In this document: one piece after another, positions 13,922-29,203 of the stretch
How the letters are laid out: every line of letters begins with the position of its first letter
How positions within the stretch are numbered: the stretch's first letter is position 1
DNA from: Chrysomallon squamiferum
Lineage: Eukaryota > Animalia > Mollusca
Length of the DNA: 64,000 nucleotides
Reading direction: 5' to 3'
Assembly (NCBI GenBank): GCA_012295275.1
Contig: CM022665.1
Span: forward strand, 44,640,001 to 44,704,000
Program-made: the position numbers and the translations under genes
Notes under the pieces: generated by a model
What the model saw: the letters and a program-made list of their open reading frames with translations, nothing else
Database searches by the model: none
What the model was told of the DNA's origin: nothing

Positions 13922-16900
13922 AGTTTTATTTGTGTCATTTCCTGTTTAGATCAGTTGTGACTTCATTGATGATTGCTGAATTTTATCAATTTTTGCCATC
14001 AAGACACAATCCATTAGTGTATTTTGTCAAATCCTGCTTTTGATGAGAATATGCAGCTAAAGTTTTGAAAATGACAGAATTTTGAATACTGGTGGTTAAA
14101 AAATCCCAATAAAACAACAACAAGCAAACAAATCTAAAACTGTTGTTTTCAGTGTGCTTGACAATTTTACTTGCAAATAGCTTTTGAAACCTTAAAAACC
14201 AAACCAAATGAAAAAGACTTAATAAAACAAAAAATTAATAATGATAATAAAAATAAATAAATTAGAAAGGAATAAAATATTAAAACTGACCACAGAGAAG
14301 CTGAAATCATTTGAAGACTGTATTTGCTCATTGCCATTTTGTTTAAACATAAAAATGTGAGTATTTAAAAAAACGAAAAGAAAAAAAGAGAACAAACCAG
14401 CATAATAATAAAAACAGTAATTATTGTAGTAATATTAATAAGCTCAATAAAAAAAAGAATATTCCTCCCTTTATATTTTCTTTTTGCTTTTTCACTATTA
14501 CATATTAAGCAATAGTTATCAAGTTTATTATTATTATTTATTAAACTAATTTATTTTAAAAACATTTTAAATAACAGATTTGTCCACACCAGTAATGGGA
14601 GATGACAAAAACAAATGGCCTCATTTCACTTAGAATTAAGTGTACACTTTTAATTGTCCACATGTATTCAAATAATATAAAGAAAATTACACAAATTTTC
14701 TACTAAAAAAAAAAAAAGGAAAAAAAATGTATAAATAATTATTTTTATATATTGTCTTGTCTGTTTTTTCATTTTGTAAAGTATACCTGTAACATTATTT
14801 TTCATTAGGTATCAGTTACATATTTTTCTGCTATGAGATCATTTCATTAAATTATTATTTTTATTATTATTTTTTTTTTTATAAGATTAATAAAGCTAAT
14901 TCTTTTTCAGTTGTCAAACATTACATATAATTTGATCAACTGTCAATTTATATTTTTTATATCAAAGTATTAAGAATATTAATGGAAGATGCATCTAAAC
15001 TATTCAGTTGATTAAAACTGTTGAACATATTTCAAAATATTTCCTTAATGGATTAAAAAAAAAAAAATTTTTTAATGGATTTTAATGTGAATATTATCAA
15101 CAGGAATTGAGTTAAAGAGATCTTTCTGGATTGGTTAATTGCTAATCTAATGATATGAATTAAGGGGAGGTAACTCTAAGAGTAATCTTTTACTCCCAAA
15201 GTCAGATTCTTTTTTTTCATTAGGAAACACAATAATCTGTAATTATTAATGATCTGAATTTGAAAAACAAATTAAGATAGAAGTATTCATTACAGAAATC
15301 TCAAATTATTTCTTAACATTTATCTCTCGTAGCAGAAAAATATACTAGTCAACAAAAAAAAAAAAAAAAAAAAAAAAAGAAAAAAAGAGAATACAAGACA
15401 AATGAAAACTACTTAGAAAAATTATAAAAAATATATTCAACTAAATGTAAATGGTAAAATCGTGTATATTTGTTTGTAAATCTTTAAAACCATTCTATTA
15501 TATTAATTTAGAAATATTTCCAGATATTTGTCAAGAATTGAGCTGCTATTAAAGGTAAGGTAAGGTGGTTAATATATCAAGGTTCCCAAATTCAGTTAAA
15601 AAAAGTAATAATAATAATATTATTAATAATTAAAAATAAGTAAATAAATAAATAAAAATAATAATCAGATATTTAAATTAGAATGTAAAAAAAAAGAAAA
15701 GAATTTTTTTTTTAAAATCTAATAAATACATTTAGAAGAGATCTTAAAAATTATGCATTTTTAATTTATTAAAAAAGAAAAAAAGTAATAAAAATCATAA
15801 ATTCATGGTTCCAGTAAATATAATATTTTGTTAATTTATCCAACAAAATGAATTACTTAAATTTGCAGATTGATTAGGTGATGAAATTTAAATTTGTTTC
15901 CTAAAAAAAAAAAAAAAAAAAAAAAAAATAACACAAGAAAAAAAAAGAAAAAAAAAAAAAAAAAAAAAAAAAAAACAACAGAAAAAACAAGAAGAAAAAA
16001 GTAAAAAGAAAACAAAAACAAAAGCTAAAATCTTATAAAAGGCCATTTCAAATCTTTCACTTAAAATTGATTACTGGACCATTTTGAACATTTTCATTTA
16101 AAAATGGCTTATTGGATTTTCTGTAAAAGGTTCCATTTAAAATAGATTAATGGACTAGCAGGCATAACTGCGTTAGGTAGGAGGACTTTGTTTTTTGATG
16201 TATCTGATGTGTTTTATTTAGACTGACTGGCTGAAAAGACCCTATTGAAGCTAAATTTAACATTGCGGGTTTCTGATGGACGCTTTCATAACAAGAATTA
16301 ACAGGAAAACTTGAGTTTTGAAGTTAGGTAAATGAAAATATTTTAGTAACAGCTATTTGTAATTATTTTTATTTAATTATTATTTTTTTTAAATATAAAT
16401 ATGCATAATTATTATTTTTTAAAAGCAACAATGACTGCAATTAAAAAAAAAAAAAAAAAAAAAAGAATAAGAAAAAAAAAGTCATAGAAAAAAAAAAAAA
16501 AAAAAAAAAAAGAGAAGAAATTGTCAGTATTTTAAAAACTTACATTTATTAAAAAAAAATTAGATATTCAAAATTAAAAAAAAATATCCAAAATTCCTAC
16601 ATTTTTCCTCAAATTATCGTAATTGTTATTTATCAAGTGCTGTACATACATATACATTAATTATTAATTGTTGTTCAAATTAAACCTTAAGTTAATAATT
16701 GAAAAAAAGGCATGGGTTTTTATTAATTGTTCCTAATAGTTAAAAATATTTTTTATATTTTATGATGCTAATTACAGTTTTTTCAGGTTATATGAAAATT
16801 TTTTCCCACCATTAAGATCTGCCAAGGTGTTTGAAGATATATCTCTGAAGAAATTATTCATTGGGTCCGCAAAGGTTTTGAAAGCTAAAAACCGAGATTT

Positions 16901-17584
16901 TGGGGCGAGTGGTTTAAACATACGGTTAAAATCAGGCCATATGTACAAAATACACATTTTCCACTCCAAGAATTCGACAGGTCAGTGCAGTGCTATATTT
17001 GGGTTACCTGGTGCAAAATGTACTCCAAGAAAATGCGTAACAAGTTTATTCCAGGAGAGCATGATAGAATTTTATTTTGTCGTAAAATGAAATATTTTTC
17101 TATATTTACTCCCGAGAAATTGGGTAACAAATTCGTTCCAGGAGATAACAGATTATTTTGTGGTATGAAATATTTGGGTTGCCATGTATAGATATACCTT
17201 CACCAAGTAACAGTTTTATTCCAGGAGTTACCAAACTATGCCTGTTTTCTGTACATAAAAATAATTCTGACAAAGGTAATTCTGACGAAGGTAAAATGCT
17301 TTAAAAAAATAAACAAACCAAAAAAAACCAACAAATTTTATGGGTTCTGCCCACATAATGCTTGGCAAAAAGACGTTCAGTAAATGCAGTGGAATGATAC
17401 TTTCTTGACAACTATTCGAAAATAATTAATAGTGCCCAGTTTCCTTTTAATGAAAAAGCAAAAAAATACAGTGAGGTTTGTGAAATCAGTATGTGTGGTA
17501 ACATCACTGTGTTGAGTGATAATAAGTGTGTTTCAAGAAGAGGACAGGTGTAACTTATGATATGTTTCAAACAGGTATTTTTCA

Positions 17585-17622
<38 letters not shown>

Positions 17623-19821
17623 CTTTCATGATGAAATGTTTAAATAAAATCGTATAAATTACTGGTTTGATGAATTAAATATGTCCACACAAATTTTGTT
17701 TCAGTTGCAGAATTTGTTTTCATGTTTTCATTTTCTAGAATTTACAGCAGTTTGTTGTAACGAAATGTTCGGTTATAATTTTATGTAAATATTGTATGGT
17801 ACACAAATTAGAGGTTTATTTGCATGCATTATGAAAATTATATTTTTTTTAAAAATGGAAGAAAAATTGCATGAGCTGAAGTCACCATATAAAATTTCTG
17901 AATTTTATTTTGGTTTTAAAAATATTTACCAAATAACATTGTATATAAAAATAATTTCAGTAACATTTACTGAAATTTTAGAATCCATAAACCATAATAA
18001 TAATAATAATGTTATAGTCAAGTGAAGAAAGTTCTGTCCATTGATTCTTAAAATCGTTACATTATTATATTTTGGACATATTATTCTTCAGGCCTTTATG
18101 ACTCCATTTTGCTTTAAGCTCACTGTTTAACATACCCAATAACTAAATATTTTCTTTGACATGTTCAAATGACAGTAGAAAAAGAAAGCTGACCATGTAA
18201 AATACCTTCTGGTAATAGACTTAAGTTTAGGACATGGTTTCTTGCAGGACTTATTTTCTTTCAGAACAAAATGACAGGCATATATATGTTAATAATCTTC
18301 AAAAAATACCATTCAGCATAAATGTTGCATATTTAAAAGATACAGAATGAATTATCTGTCTGTGTGTGTGCCTGAAGGTACAGTGTCTTATTTTGGAATT
18401 GAAAGATTCATGCATAATAAGATTAGGCAGGAGAACATATACGAGCAAGTTTATTATATCGCAGATAATTATCTTTTGCAGAGTAGCTTTTAGATTTTGA
18501 TTCTTATATCATTATAAAAATACTAAAAAGAAGAAAAAAAAATTGTTTATTTACAATTACTGTAAATGTAAATTTCATGGTCTTTCTTGTAATAAAAAAA
18601 AAAAAAAAAACATACAGAAAAAGAAAGAACAATTAAATTTTTTTTTTAAAACCCACAAGCACACAAACAAACAAACAAAAACCATAAATTTTATTGGTTA
18701 TATGGATTATTTACTTAACAGTAATTTTTAAGTATCTTTTAAAAAAATAATAATCATATCTTTCTACTCCAAAAGATCTGGTCATTAATGAGTGAAATTC
18801 AAGTAGCTTAAATACATTGCTGGCAGAAAGATAAGATAACAAACACTCCCATCAATGGCAATATGAACCAAGTCCTGGAGAGTAGTAATTAATAACGTAG
18901 GCATAAACAAGATTACTTTATAAAAGTACAGCATGATCAAGAAAAAAAACAAAAACTTTCTGGCATAAACAAATTTAAAAAGAAAATGGATATAAATTAT
19001 AATAAAGTTAAGTAAAAAAAAAATAATAATAATAAAAAAAATTCTTTATAAAGGTTAATTTTGTAATATCACTGCATTCAGAAATAATATCTGCACAAAT
19101 CAGTGGTTATAATAAATATCTTGAAAAGCCAAAATATTTCAGAAAGGAATATGGACCTTGTAAAACTTAAATATTTTCCAGTTGAAAATAAACAAAATTT
19201 TTGTGCATATTCACTCACATTGCTCTTGCCTTCATATTGGAATTTTACAAAGACATTGTAAACAAAATATTAAATATAACTTGTGCTGGTTGTTTGCATG
19301 TGAAAACAGATATAGAGTAGATATACTTTTCACTTTGAAAGGTCACACACACTTCTGTATAACACTAATTATACAGAAACAAAAATCAGTCTTGAACTCA
19401 GTTTTGAATTTCCCTAAAAATAAGAATACGTCGAAATCAGATGCCAGCTATAGTTGCCATTGGTTGTCAGTAATAAATTGTTTGGCATCGGCAGCCATTG
19501 AACATATATGACTTTGATTTAAAAGAGATTAATTAACAGAAAGTTGATTGTACCTGTTGAATATCATCTAAAACAACCTAACATTTAAAGTGGATGAAAG
19601 TGAGAATGTTGAAAGAAGCTGAATATTTATAACTTAAAAAAATATTATAGTTATATTAAATTAAAAATTTGTCTGCAAATTTTGGATAGTAAATTAAGAA
19701 AACAAAAAAGGGGGGAAAATAATAGAACAAAAACTATCAAAGTAAAAATGTCAATGAAAACACATACACACACACATAGCCTATATTCAGGTAGCCATTT
19801 TTTTTATAGTTTGGATTGGTG

Positions 19822-19863
<42 letters not shown>

Positions 19864-20468
19864 GAATTGTTAAAATCGAATGTTACTACAGATTGACATT
19901 GTGAATTTAAGAGGCAATCTCAAAGAATCACTGGAAACTAAAATAAAACAACTAAAAAAAATATATATATAAAAAAAAAAATTATATAAAGCAAATGGAA
20001 AAATATTTTGGCATGTTCCAAGTTCTCAAAAATCGTCAGATATTTTACATAACAATAAACCTAGCAATAGTTAGAACAGGATTGTTAAAAATAAAAGTGT
20101 TAATATTCTTGTAAACATCAATGTTATCATCTGCTCAATGATTCACCATCATCAAATGAATAATGATATGAGTAAAGAAATTATAATATGACCATTAACA
20201 AGACACTCACATTACATCTGGCCCTTTGAGTGACTGAAGATTATGGAGTTAAAAGAAATTCACTGGACAAGCAAAGACTTCACGAACAGAAGACAGAATT
20301 CATGTAGTTGTTTCGTGCATTTTATGATGTGGGCATAATTAGACCCGCGATGATTGTTTTAAAATCAGCAACAAAGAATTTTCAGAATTGTTGTTTTTGA
20401 AGACTAAACCAACCTAGGTACATTAATTGGTTAATTAATTAATTAATTAATTTTTTATTTATTTATTA

Positions 20469-20502
<34 letters not shown>

Positions 20503-20684
20503 GGATTGCTATCAGTTTTGCTAGTATTCATCATTTTTTGGTTGGCCTGCATCTTTATTTGGATTTCTGGAAGAAAATATGGTGAGATAAAACTTGTCAT
20601 TCTATTTCTTGTTAGTTTTCTTTTTTCTTTTGTTCATTTTTGTTTCTATTTTTGTTTATTTATTTTAATTTCTCATGTTTTATT

Positions 20685-20728
<44 letters not shown>

Positions 20729-22464
20729 GCTTTAATAATAATAATAATTATTATTATTATTATTAACAAGTTTCTGTTCTACATTGTTTTCTGTTTTCTT
20801 TTCAAATGTATAAAATGATTTTAAATTATGTATAATTTAAAGTCATTATATATATAAAATCGTTTTATACATCGTACCTTTATTTCAGCCTTTTTTCCTT
20901 TCAGCCATCCTTTTTATTTATTTATTTATTTATTTATTATTAACGATTTACATTTTAAAACAATAGTGTATTACGAATACGATGGTAATTTTCAAACATG
21001 AATAGACTCCCGGAAAATGCGTTAATTTTCATTACTTAATGACTGCTTATTTTAGTGAATGCTTTTTATATATATATTTTAAAACTTGTTTTATTATAAG
21101 GTAACTCGTTTAATGATGATAGCAATTAATGAAATCCTTGATCTTTAGGGAAGAAATCTATTTTGTTTAAAGGGAGACGACTGATCTTTATTTAAAGGGA
21201 ATTGACTGGTCTTTATTTGAAGGCAAACGATTGCTCTCTACTTAACGGGGGAAACATTTTCCATTAATAGCAAGTGCTTGGTTGGATTAATAGGGAACAA
21301 ACAAACAAACACAAATACCCTCTCCCCCCCCCAAAAAAAAGAAGACACCAGTCACCTGTATGATGATAAACAACTACCCAATATAACATTATATGATCGA
21401 TGATTGGTCAGTTTATTTTTATTACTATGCTAAAACATTCTATAAATGACTTTCAAAAACGTTTGTCGGCGATTTAAAATTCATGTTTAGTTTTTGTTAG
21501 TTTTAACTGAAGGAATAATTTAAGTTACAACTAGGGGGCGTTACCATTATTGCACGTTTTATAATGCTCAAAATGGTGTAAAGTAGACAACAGAAATAGA
21601 GGGGTATGCGAACAGCGATGATGCCTAATTTACTAATTATCATCGATGGAGAAGGTAGAGGCAGTGATGTTAAACAGAAATATATCAGGTGGAAAACGAG
21701 GGATATAAAAGGAGAAGAAGCAAAGACGCAAAGTGCTTATTGTATCTTCAGTTTAAATTAAGATTAAAGCGATATATCAGGTGTTTGGACGTAAAAATGC
21801 TGGTTATCTCCCTTATTCGAAATCTATTGCGTGTTTAGAGTAACGTTACTAAATAATAAAAGTTAGTCATAATAAATAAAATATAATAAATGTATCGCAT
21901 ATGTATTGTTATGTTGATGTTTACAATAATATTTTTAAAAAAGTGTTCATAAGGTTATTAAAAATTATAAAATTCGAAATAAAAGTCGTGCTGTAAATCA
22001 TCTAATTGGGTTACAGTATTTGTTTTGCAGCTACCCATATATGACGTGTGTAAATGTATGCATTATTTTTTATCAGTAGAAGAAAATGTTAATTTTTAGC
22101 GCTATTTAATTTCTTTCAGGATTTAAACTTAATTGTTTTCTACGATGCTGTTTTGTAGGGTCGTATCAAGCTTGATGTTGGAGGTCACGTGTACACGACG
22201 TCGGTATTAACCTTGACCCGTGACCCGGATTCTATGCTGGCAGCCATGTTTAGTGGACGTCATGAGCTGATGCGCGAGGAGGATGGGTCCGTGTTCATAG
22301 ACCGAGATGGAACGCATTTCCGACACATCTTAAATTACTTGAGGGACGGTGGTCTTAATGTAGATTCACTTCCCAGGAGTCGACAAGTTTTAAGAGAACT
22401 GAGAAATGAAGCAATATATTATCAATTGCACAGCCTAGTCCAACAAATTGAAAAACTGTTTTAA
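11775..22464 (+). CDS. KCTD-like BTB/POZ (T1-type) domain protein, ~379 aa; exons 11775-12264, 12632-12975, 22159-22464
   Basis: Exons join in frame (phases 1,0) via GT-AG sites. The last exon encodes GRIKLDVGGHVYTTSVLTLTRDPDSMLAAMFSGRH...FIDRDGTHFRHILNYLRDG...LRNEAIYYQL, a canonical KCTD/T1 BTB. The middle exon is an E/K-rich coiled coil. The first exon is P/H/G/N/Q-rich with CFLC-x12-HFCDAH. Confidence 0.88.
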
Positions 22465-23745
22465 GGCAAAGAACATTTTGCAGAAAGAAAAAAAAAAAAA
22501 TGTTATTTTTTTTTTTTTTTTTTTTTTAGATTTAAATCAATGCAATTATCAGGTGTTTTGAGATACAGAGATGGAAATTTCATATTCAGGAATAAAATGA
22601 AACAAGAAAGTGGTGGGAAAATAAAAGTTTTTGCACTGCTCATCAGATGATGAAAACCAAAAATTGTCTTTTTAAAGAAATATCCAGTAATAACCGTTTC
22701 TGTGGATTTTGCTTGTTAAAAAAAAACAATGATTTTAAAATTTGTTTTTGTTAGCAAAATGCCTAGAAAAATATCTATATGTTCCGGGATTTAAACTGAT
22801 AATTGTTTTTATTTGTTGCTAGACAGAATTGATAACTTGGGCTTAACAGATTATCAAGGATTAATTTTATGAAATGTCTTGAGTGGCAATCTAAACCCAA
22901 TGGGTCCTTCATTGATATTTAATTTATAAGGATAGCTAAACTGAAAATCAGGATATTTTGAAATGTTAAAAAAAACACTTGCAGATTGCCAATGATTTTC
23001 CATCTTAGTATAACTTGATGATATTGTTTGTTTACTGGAAACCAAACTTATGAATACCTCTTACTATGTCTCAGAAGCATAATTTTGTTTTAATTTTGAA
23101 AAATATATACAAACCACAGAACTAAGAATACCATTTATCAAGGAGTTGTTCGATTGTTTGAGATGATTTTGTTGAAGTTAGTTGTCTGATTAGGAAAATC
23201 CTGCAATAACGCCAAATATTTTTTTTTTCTTTCTGAACTTTTAATTACATACAGTTATGTAATTTGTGCTCAATAATTAAAAATTATTGTAAATTCATCT
23301 TTTAAATAATGCCTCATTATCTGAAAACGGAGGCTGTATAATTTATTTTACATACATTTTAGTACAAGAATAGAAATGATAGTTTTTTTAATATGATGGA
23401 CGTTGATTAGTTTGCAGCACTTGATTACATTTATGTCTGGATAGAAATGATTTGGGTCTCTCATTTTTTTTCGTTTTTTTTCCTCTTTAATGGTATTGAT
23501 GGGAGTTTGTAAATGGGCATATATATATATATGTATTTTTTGGTTGGAAACGGTAGGAAGGAATTGAGAATTGACAGCTAAATGGGTTATTAAAAAGGCT
23601 AGAACCTGGTACAGACTGCAGATGGGTATTTTCATTTTTTGAAATTTTGGATCATTTTTTTTTCAAAATGCTGTTATAATTATTCTTTGTAGGCATTAGG
23701 TATTAATGGGTTTTTTTTTTTTTTTTCAACTGATTTAAGGATTTC

Positions 23746-23776
<31 letters not shown>

Positions 23777-24300
23777 AAATTAAATTAAATGCTGCAATTT
23801 GGCTCTGGTGGTCTGTTTTTAATGGGCCCATGTTTGGCGTTGATGGTTATTGTGTTTTGGATTAATGGCGGCTTTGGAATAGACTTGAATGTGTTGTAAA
23901 TGAATAGAATGTACTTGCTTGATTTCACTCACTAGAACTTCCGCTCCTCATGTCTGTTGTAGGTGAAGGTGCATTTAAATATTTTTTTTTATATATATTA
24001 TTATTATTATTATTTTTTTTATATAAAGTGCTTTAGTCTTTCAATGTACATTATATTTACTATATACCTCTCCCATATGTGTGATAAGATTATGTCTTTT
24101 TTTTTTTTTTTAATTATTATTATTATTTCAAGTAACAATCATGTTTTTGAATATTCCAAGGCAGAGTAAGATATGTATACATGTGCTTGCATGTGTGTGT
24201 GGTGTTTGTGTGTGTGTGTGTGTGTGTGCGTGTGTGTGTGACTATAAGTAAACTGTATGGGAAATATTCGTGATTTTTAATTTTAATTTAATTTATTTCA

Positions 24301-24332
<32 letters not shown>

Positions 24333-25354
24333 TGGGGGAAATATGTTTTCAGCATACAATGCTATCATTTTATCATAATTATTCTAATCAGTTCTTCATT
24401 AGTTGAAATTATGGTCACACATGCATACAAAATCATCTGTTTTAATTTACTTTAAAATATTTTCTGCTATGTATGTGTGTTTGCGTGTACGTGAGTGAAA
24501 ACCATTGAGTACCTGTTATCTTGCATAAATAGCAGATTTGTATAAATAAAAAAAATAATAATTAGTGCCATGCATGATTTCACGATTTCCATTTTCATTA
24601 AATTTAATTTTTTTATAACAATTATAACAATGAAAAATATTATATTTTAGTATTCTAATATTTAATTAATGATTATTAGTCAGATTAGGAACTTGGAAAC
24701 TTTTGAGTAGAAATATATATATATATATTTTTTTTTTTTTGTTTGTTTGTTTAGATTAGACATAATATATAATTTCATAGTTTCATTTCAGTGTCTATAA
24801 TCACTCGTTGACAAAATAGCAGTATCCGTCCCTAATTTAATTATATGCTGTATACAAATACAAACATTATTCATTTCCAAACAAGTTACATATAAAAGGA
24901 TATTGCAAACAGATTTAAAAAAAAAAAAAAAAAAAAAAAATGACGCAACTTCATTGGATTATTTTGCTTCGTAATTTTTTTTTTAAAGATAAAATTTAAA
25001 AATTTAACTGAATAATTTGTTTAATATTAATGTTTCTAGACGTTATTTAGCAACTAGTGACAAAACTTTTTATATTTATAAAATTTAATTGTAAACAATA
25101 ATCTAATAATTATTAATCATATTATCTTTGAAAAGTATTTGTTTTAGCTTATTAATAATTCATATTCAGTTTTCAGACTAAAGTTTAAGGAACTTGCTTG
25201 TGTTTAGAAATCTCAAAATAATTTTACTTATTATACATATTTACATGTGTGAAATCAGTATTTTTTAAATGGATTATTACTTTAACTAAAAAAAATTTCC
25301 GACATAAGTTTTATTACATTTTCAGTGTTAGTTTTGAACAAAATTTAATTCTTA

Positions 25355-25391
<37 letters not shown>

Positions 25392-26014
25392 AATTTCAGT
25401 GAAATCAAAATTTAATACTCACTTTATTTTATATGTTGTTTTTATATTTGATTTTGTTGCTGAATGACAGCTTTGTAAAATATAATAATTAAAAAAGAAT
25501 ATCTAAACACTCTAATTATATATAACACAAAAATATTAACTATTAATGTACAGCTTTTTGTTGCCTTTTAATAAACAATGCAGCCAATTAATATAATCAT
25601 TAGTATTCTGTTATTTACCATTATATATATCTAATGAATATTTGCAATATGTTTTTGGTTGTATCAGTTGAAAATAGCATACCACATATTGACTTCATAT
25701 AAACTGTGTTTTCTAACAAATGTCTTCTATTTCTATTAGTGGCATAAATTCTAAAACAGATTTGTTTGTTTTGTTTTAATTTTTTTATATTTTTTTTAAA
25801 CTGTTCTTTTCTTTTAGAACAGTTCAAGTTTGAGGTGATTAAATATTTTTTGTTATTTTAATCTGGTTTCATTATAGGAACTATCTTTTTTTTTTTTCTG
25901 TATTGAATAATGAAAATGATTACAGTTACATAAAATAAATCAAAAACACTTTGCCTAATTTGCTGACAGAACAACAATCAGAACAAAGAATAACAAGATT
26001 ATCATATAAGTATG

Positions 26015-26068
<54 letters not shown>

Positions 26069-27243
26069 TAAGTTCGGCAGTATGCATAGTTTGGGTAGGA
26101 AAGAGGAAAGGTAGTATCAAAATAAATTGATAGATAGATAGATACAAATAACTAAATAATTAAATATATAAAATAAAATAAAGTAAAAAAGTAAGTAAAG
26201 TGAAGGAAAAATAAAATAAAACGAGGAATAGAGGAATGAAGAAAACTGATAAAACCTGTTTTTAATTGGATAAGTATTGTATGAAATTAATTTCCAACTA
26301 AATTCTGATTTATATAAGTGTTTAATGCCTGATGTATACAAATTAAAAAGGGTATCATGAAAAGTATTGACAGCAATGAAATAACAAAATAATATCAAAA
26401 ATGATAACAAAATCAAATCAAATGTGAATGAATGAATAAAACAAGATGGTATGTACACTTTTAATCCAATTTGATAGATTAAATACTGTTTCTATGTTTC
26501 TGAGTTATTGTTTATAGTGATCTTTATAAAGAACAATGTCAACATTTGTAGATCTCAATATTATTTTTATTTATTTTATTATTAAAAAGATTTGGATACA
26601 AAAAAAAATAATGACTTGAAAGTTAACAATGTGATAGATTTTTATTTAAATGGAAAAAAAATATTTACTGAATTTATTCCTTATTTTAATGTAGATTATT
26701 TTGTAACTGGAAAAGCAAATTATTTAATTCAAATATGAACAACTATTTTGTATATCATTCTAGAATGAAACATTTTCCAGTTTGTATTGCTCAAATGTGC
26801 ATATCTGTGACATACATGGGCCAAGGCATATTTCAGTGGGTTCCAGTTAACTAGCTTTAACAATTTGACTGTAATAATAGTGTTTGTATTTATGTAGTTA
26901 AATTTTCAGTTAGGCATGCAGAGTTCATATCACCACTGTAAAAATCAGATTGTAACTGATGCCTCAGTGATATTTGATTTTGGTTCATGGGAAGGTTTAT
27001 ATAAACGATGTATTACTGCTGATTAACAGATGACCTTTAGTATATTCATTAAAAAACAAAAATAATAATATAAAAAGTGTCTGAAACTTGAAAATTTGCA
27101 TCTATGAAGAACTAGTTAGTGTTTTATAGCATACCTCTATTGTGTAATAATAAAAAATATAATAAATAAATAAATAAAACCAAAAATAAACAAATATGTG
27201 AAAACTACTAAAAGAAACAACAGACACCAAGTACAGTTTTGTG

Positions 27244-28593
27244 CTATAATAATCCCATTTTACAGGAACTATTTTTTATGTGTGTAATAAGACAGTTTTT
27301 GAAAAGTTCTAACAGGTCTTTCTTGATTTCTGGAATGTCAACTATTCTCTTGAACTTGATATTGCGCCAGTTCCAGTCTATGATTACAGCAACTAATCTG
27401 TCGAGTTTGAGGGATCCTGAAAAGAAGGAAGTTAAAAGTAAAAATAATAAATATTTGTTTTTGAATTTATCACTATTTTATTGGATACACTGGTAATTTC
27501 TTAGGAAAGAAAATCTAAAAATGAATCGGGAATTCTGGATATGCACTTCAAATGTATTTTAAAAAAAAGATGAAAAACAAAAGCAGAATGTCAAACAGAT
27601 AATCAGAACATTAATCATCATTTGCCGTTTTCTGTCCTTTAACTGTGAGGACTTTCTGTATTTAAATATGATAAATATTAATAAACTTTCAGTTTAGCAT
27701 ATCTACGTCGTTCTGTCACAAGGTCAAAACTTTATAAGATAAACTTTGCCAATTTGGGGGATTTACCTAAGTCAATTATGCAAGTAAATTCTGAAATGAT
27801 AATGAAAGAAGAAATAAAAATAAAGAGTAAGTCGCACCTAGCTTAATAAGTTTCTCAATCCTCTGAGGAGTTCCCACACCTATGTGACAAATTTTATTTT
27901 TCAAAAATTTCTGTTGTTCTTCTACCTAAAAATAAAAACAACAAAAAAAAGTAATAATAATAATTTAAAAAAATTAATTAAATATAACTCATCTTGTTTA
28001 TATGTGAATAACAAACAGCATCTATTTTTGCAGTGGTTCTAATCTTTGTTTCAATAAATAAATAAGATTATACTATTAAAATGAAATAAATTAAACAACT
28101 ATGAACTATTATAATAATAAAAAAATATCCACTAACAGTGTGAATTAAACTATAGTCAATATTTCAAACAGCCTCCTGGGATTGTATACAAAACATTTTT
28201 TTTTTGGCATAATACTAGAAAAACAAGCACATTTATTTTTTCCAGTTGTTTACCTGAGACAAAACAATACAGAAATATATATATAAAAAATATTCGTATA
28301 TTCAAACTATTTTCATCTTAAAAAGAAACCTAAAAAAAAAATAATAATAAATAAAAAAAAAAAATAAATAAAAAAATTAAAAAAGAAAAATATATATTTA
28401 CCTTAAAATGTTTTGCAAACAGTTTTACACATCGACATTTTTGGCCTTTAAAATCTTTTATTTCTCTGAAAGGAATGAAGTTACAATTTATCAATTACAA
28501 AATTCAAAATGATTATTATTATACATAATTTAATTACAAAAAATTCAAATTAATTATTTCATGCCCATCTCCTTAAAACTACACTTATAAAAA

Positions 28594-28632
<39 letters not shown>

Positions 28633-29172
28633 TATGTGTATGTGTTTATATCATAAATGTATACACATTATGTTCATGTAAAAGTATTCAAATCAAATGA
28701 AAGACATACATAACTTTAAATAATAAAGTGATGGAAAAAAAATTATAAACCAATATTTAAAAAAAAAATATATATATATATATCCCCTTCACCACAAAAA
28801 CAAACAACAATAAAACGGTTAAATAAATGAACAAGAATTTAGGATTAAGACAAACAATAACCTGTTCAGTTCTACAGCTCTGGCTCCTGAATTTGTGATG
28901 AACAGGAGAAGAGGTGAACCAGTGGGTAGCTTTGATTTTTTGACCAGTTTCTCCCATGTTGGAAAAATCTTCTTCAAGTAGATGACAGGACTGGAATCGA
29001 CAGTGTCGTTGCAGTCTAAGAAATCTTCTCCTGTTGGAATTAAATTATGTGACTGGATGTAAAACAGTAAAAACAGAATAAAGGACAAATTTATAAAAAA
29101 AAAAAAAAAAAAAAAAAATAAAATAAAAAAAATAATAATAATAATAATAATAATAATTAATATTAATAATAA

Positions 29173-29203
<31 letters not shown>

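Noticed and set aside
19182-19511. 109-aa intronic ORF
   Set aside because: Non-ATG start, no recognisable domain and no convincing splice sites.
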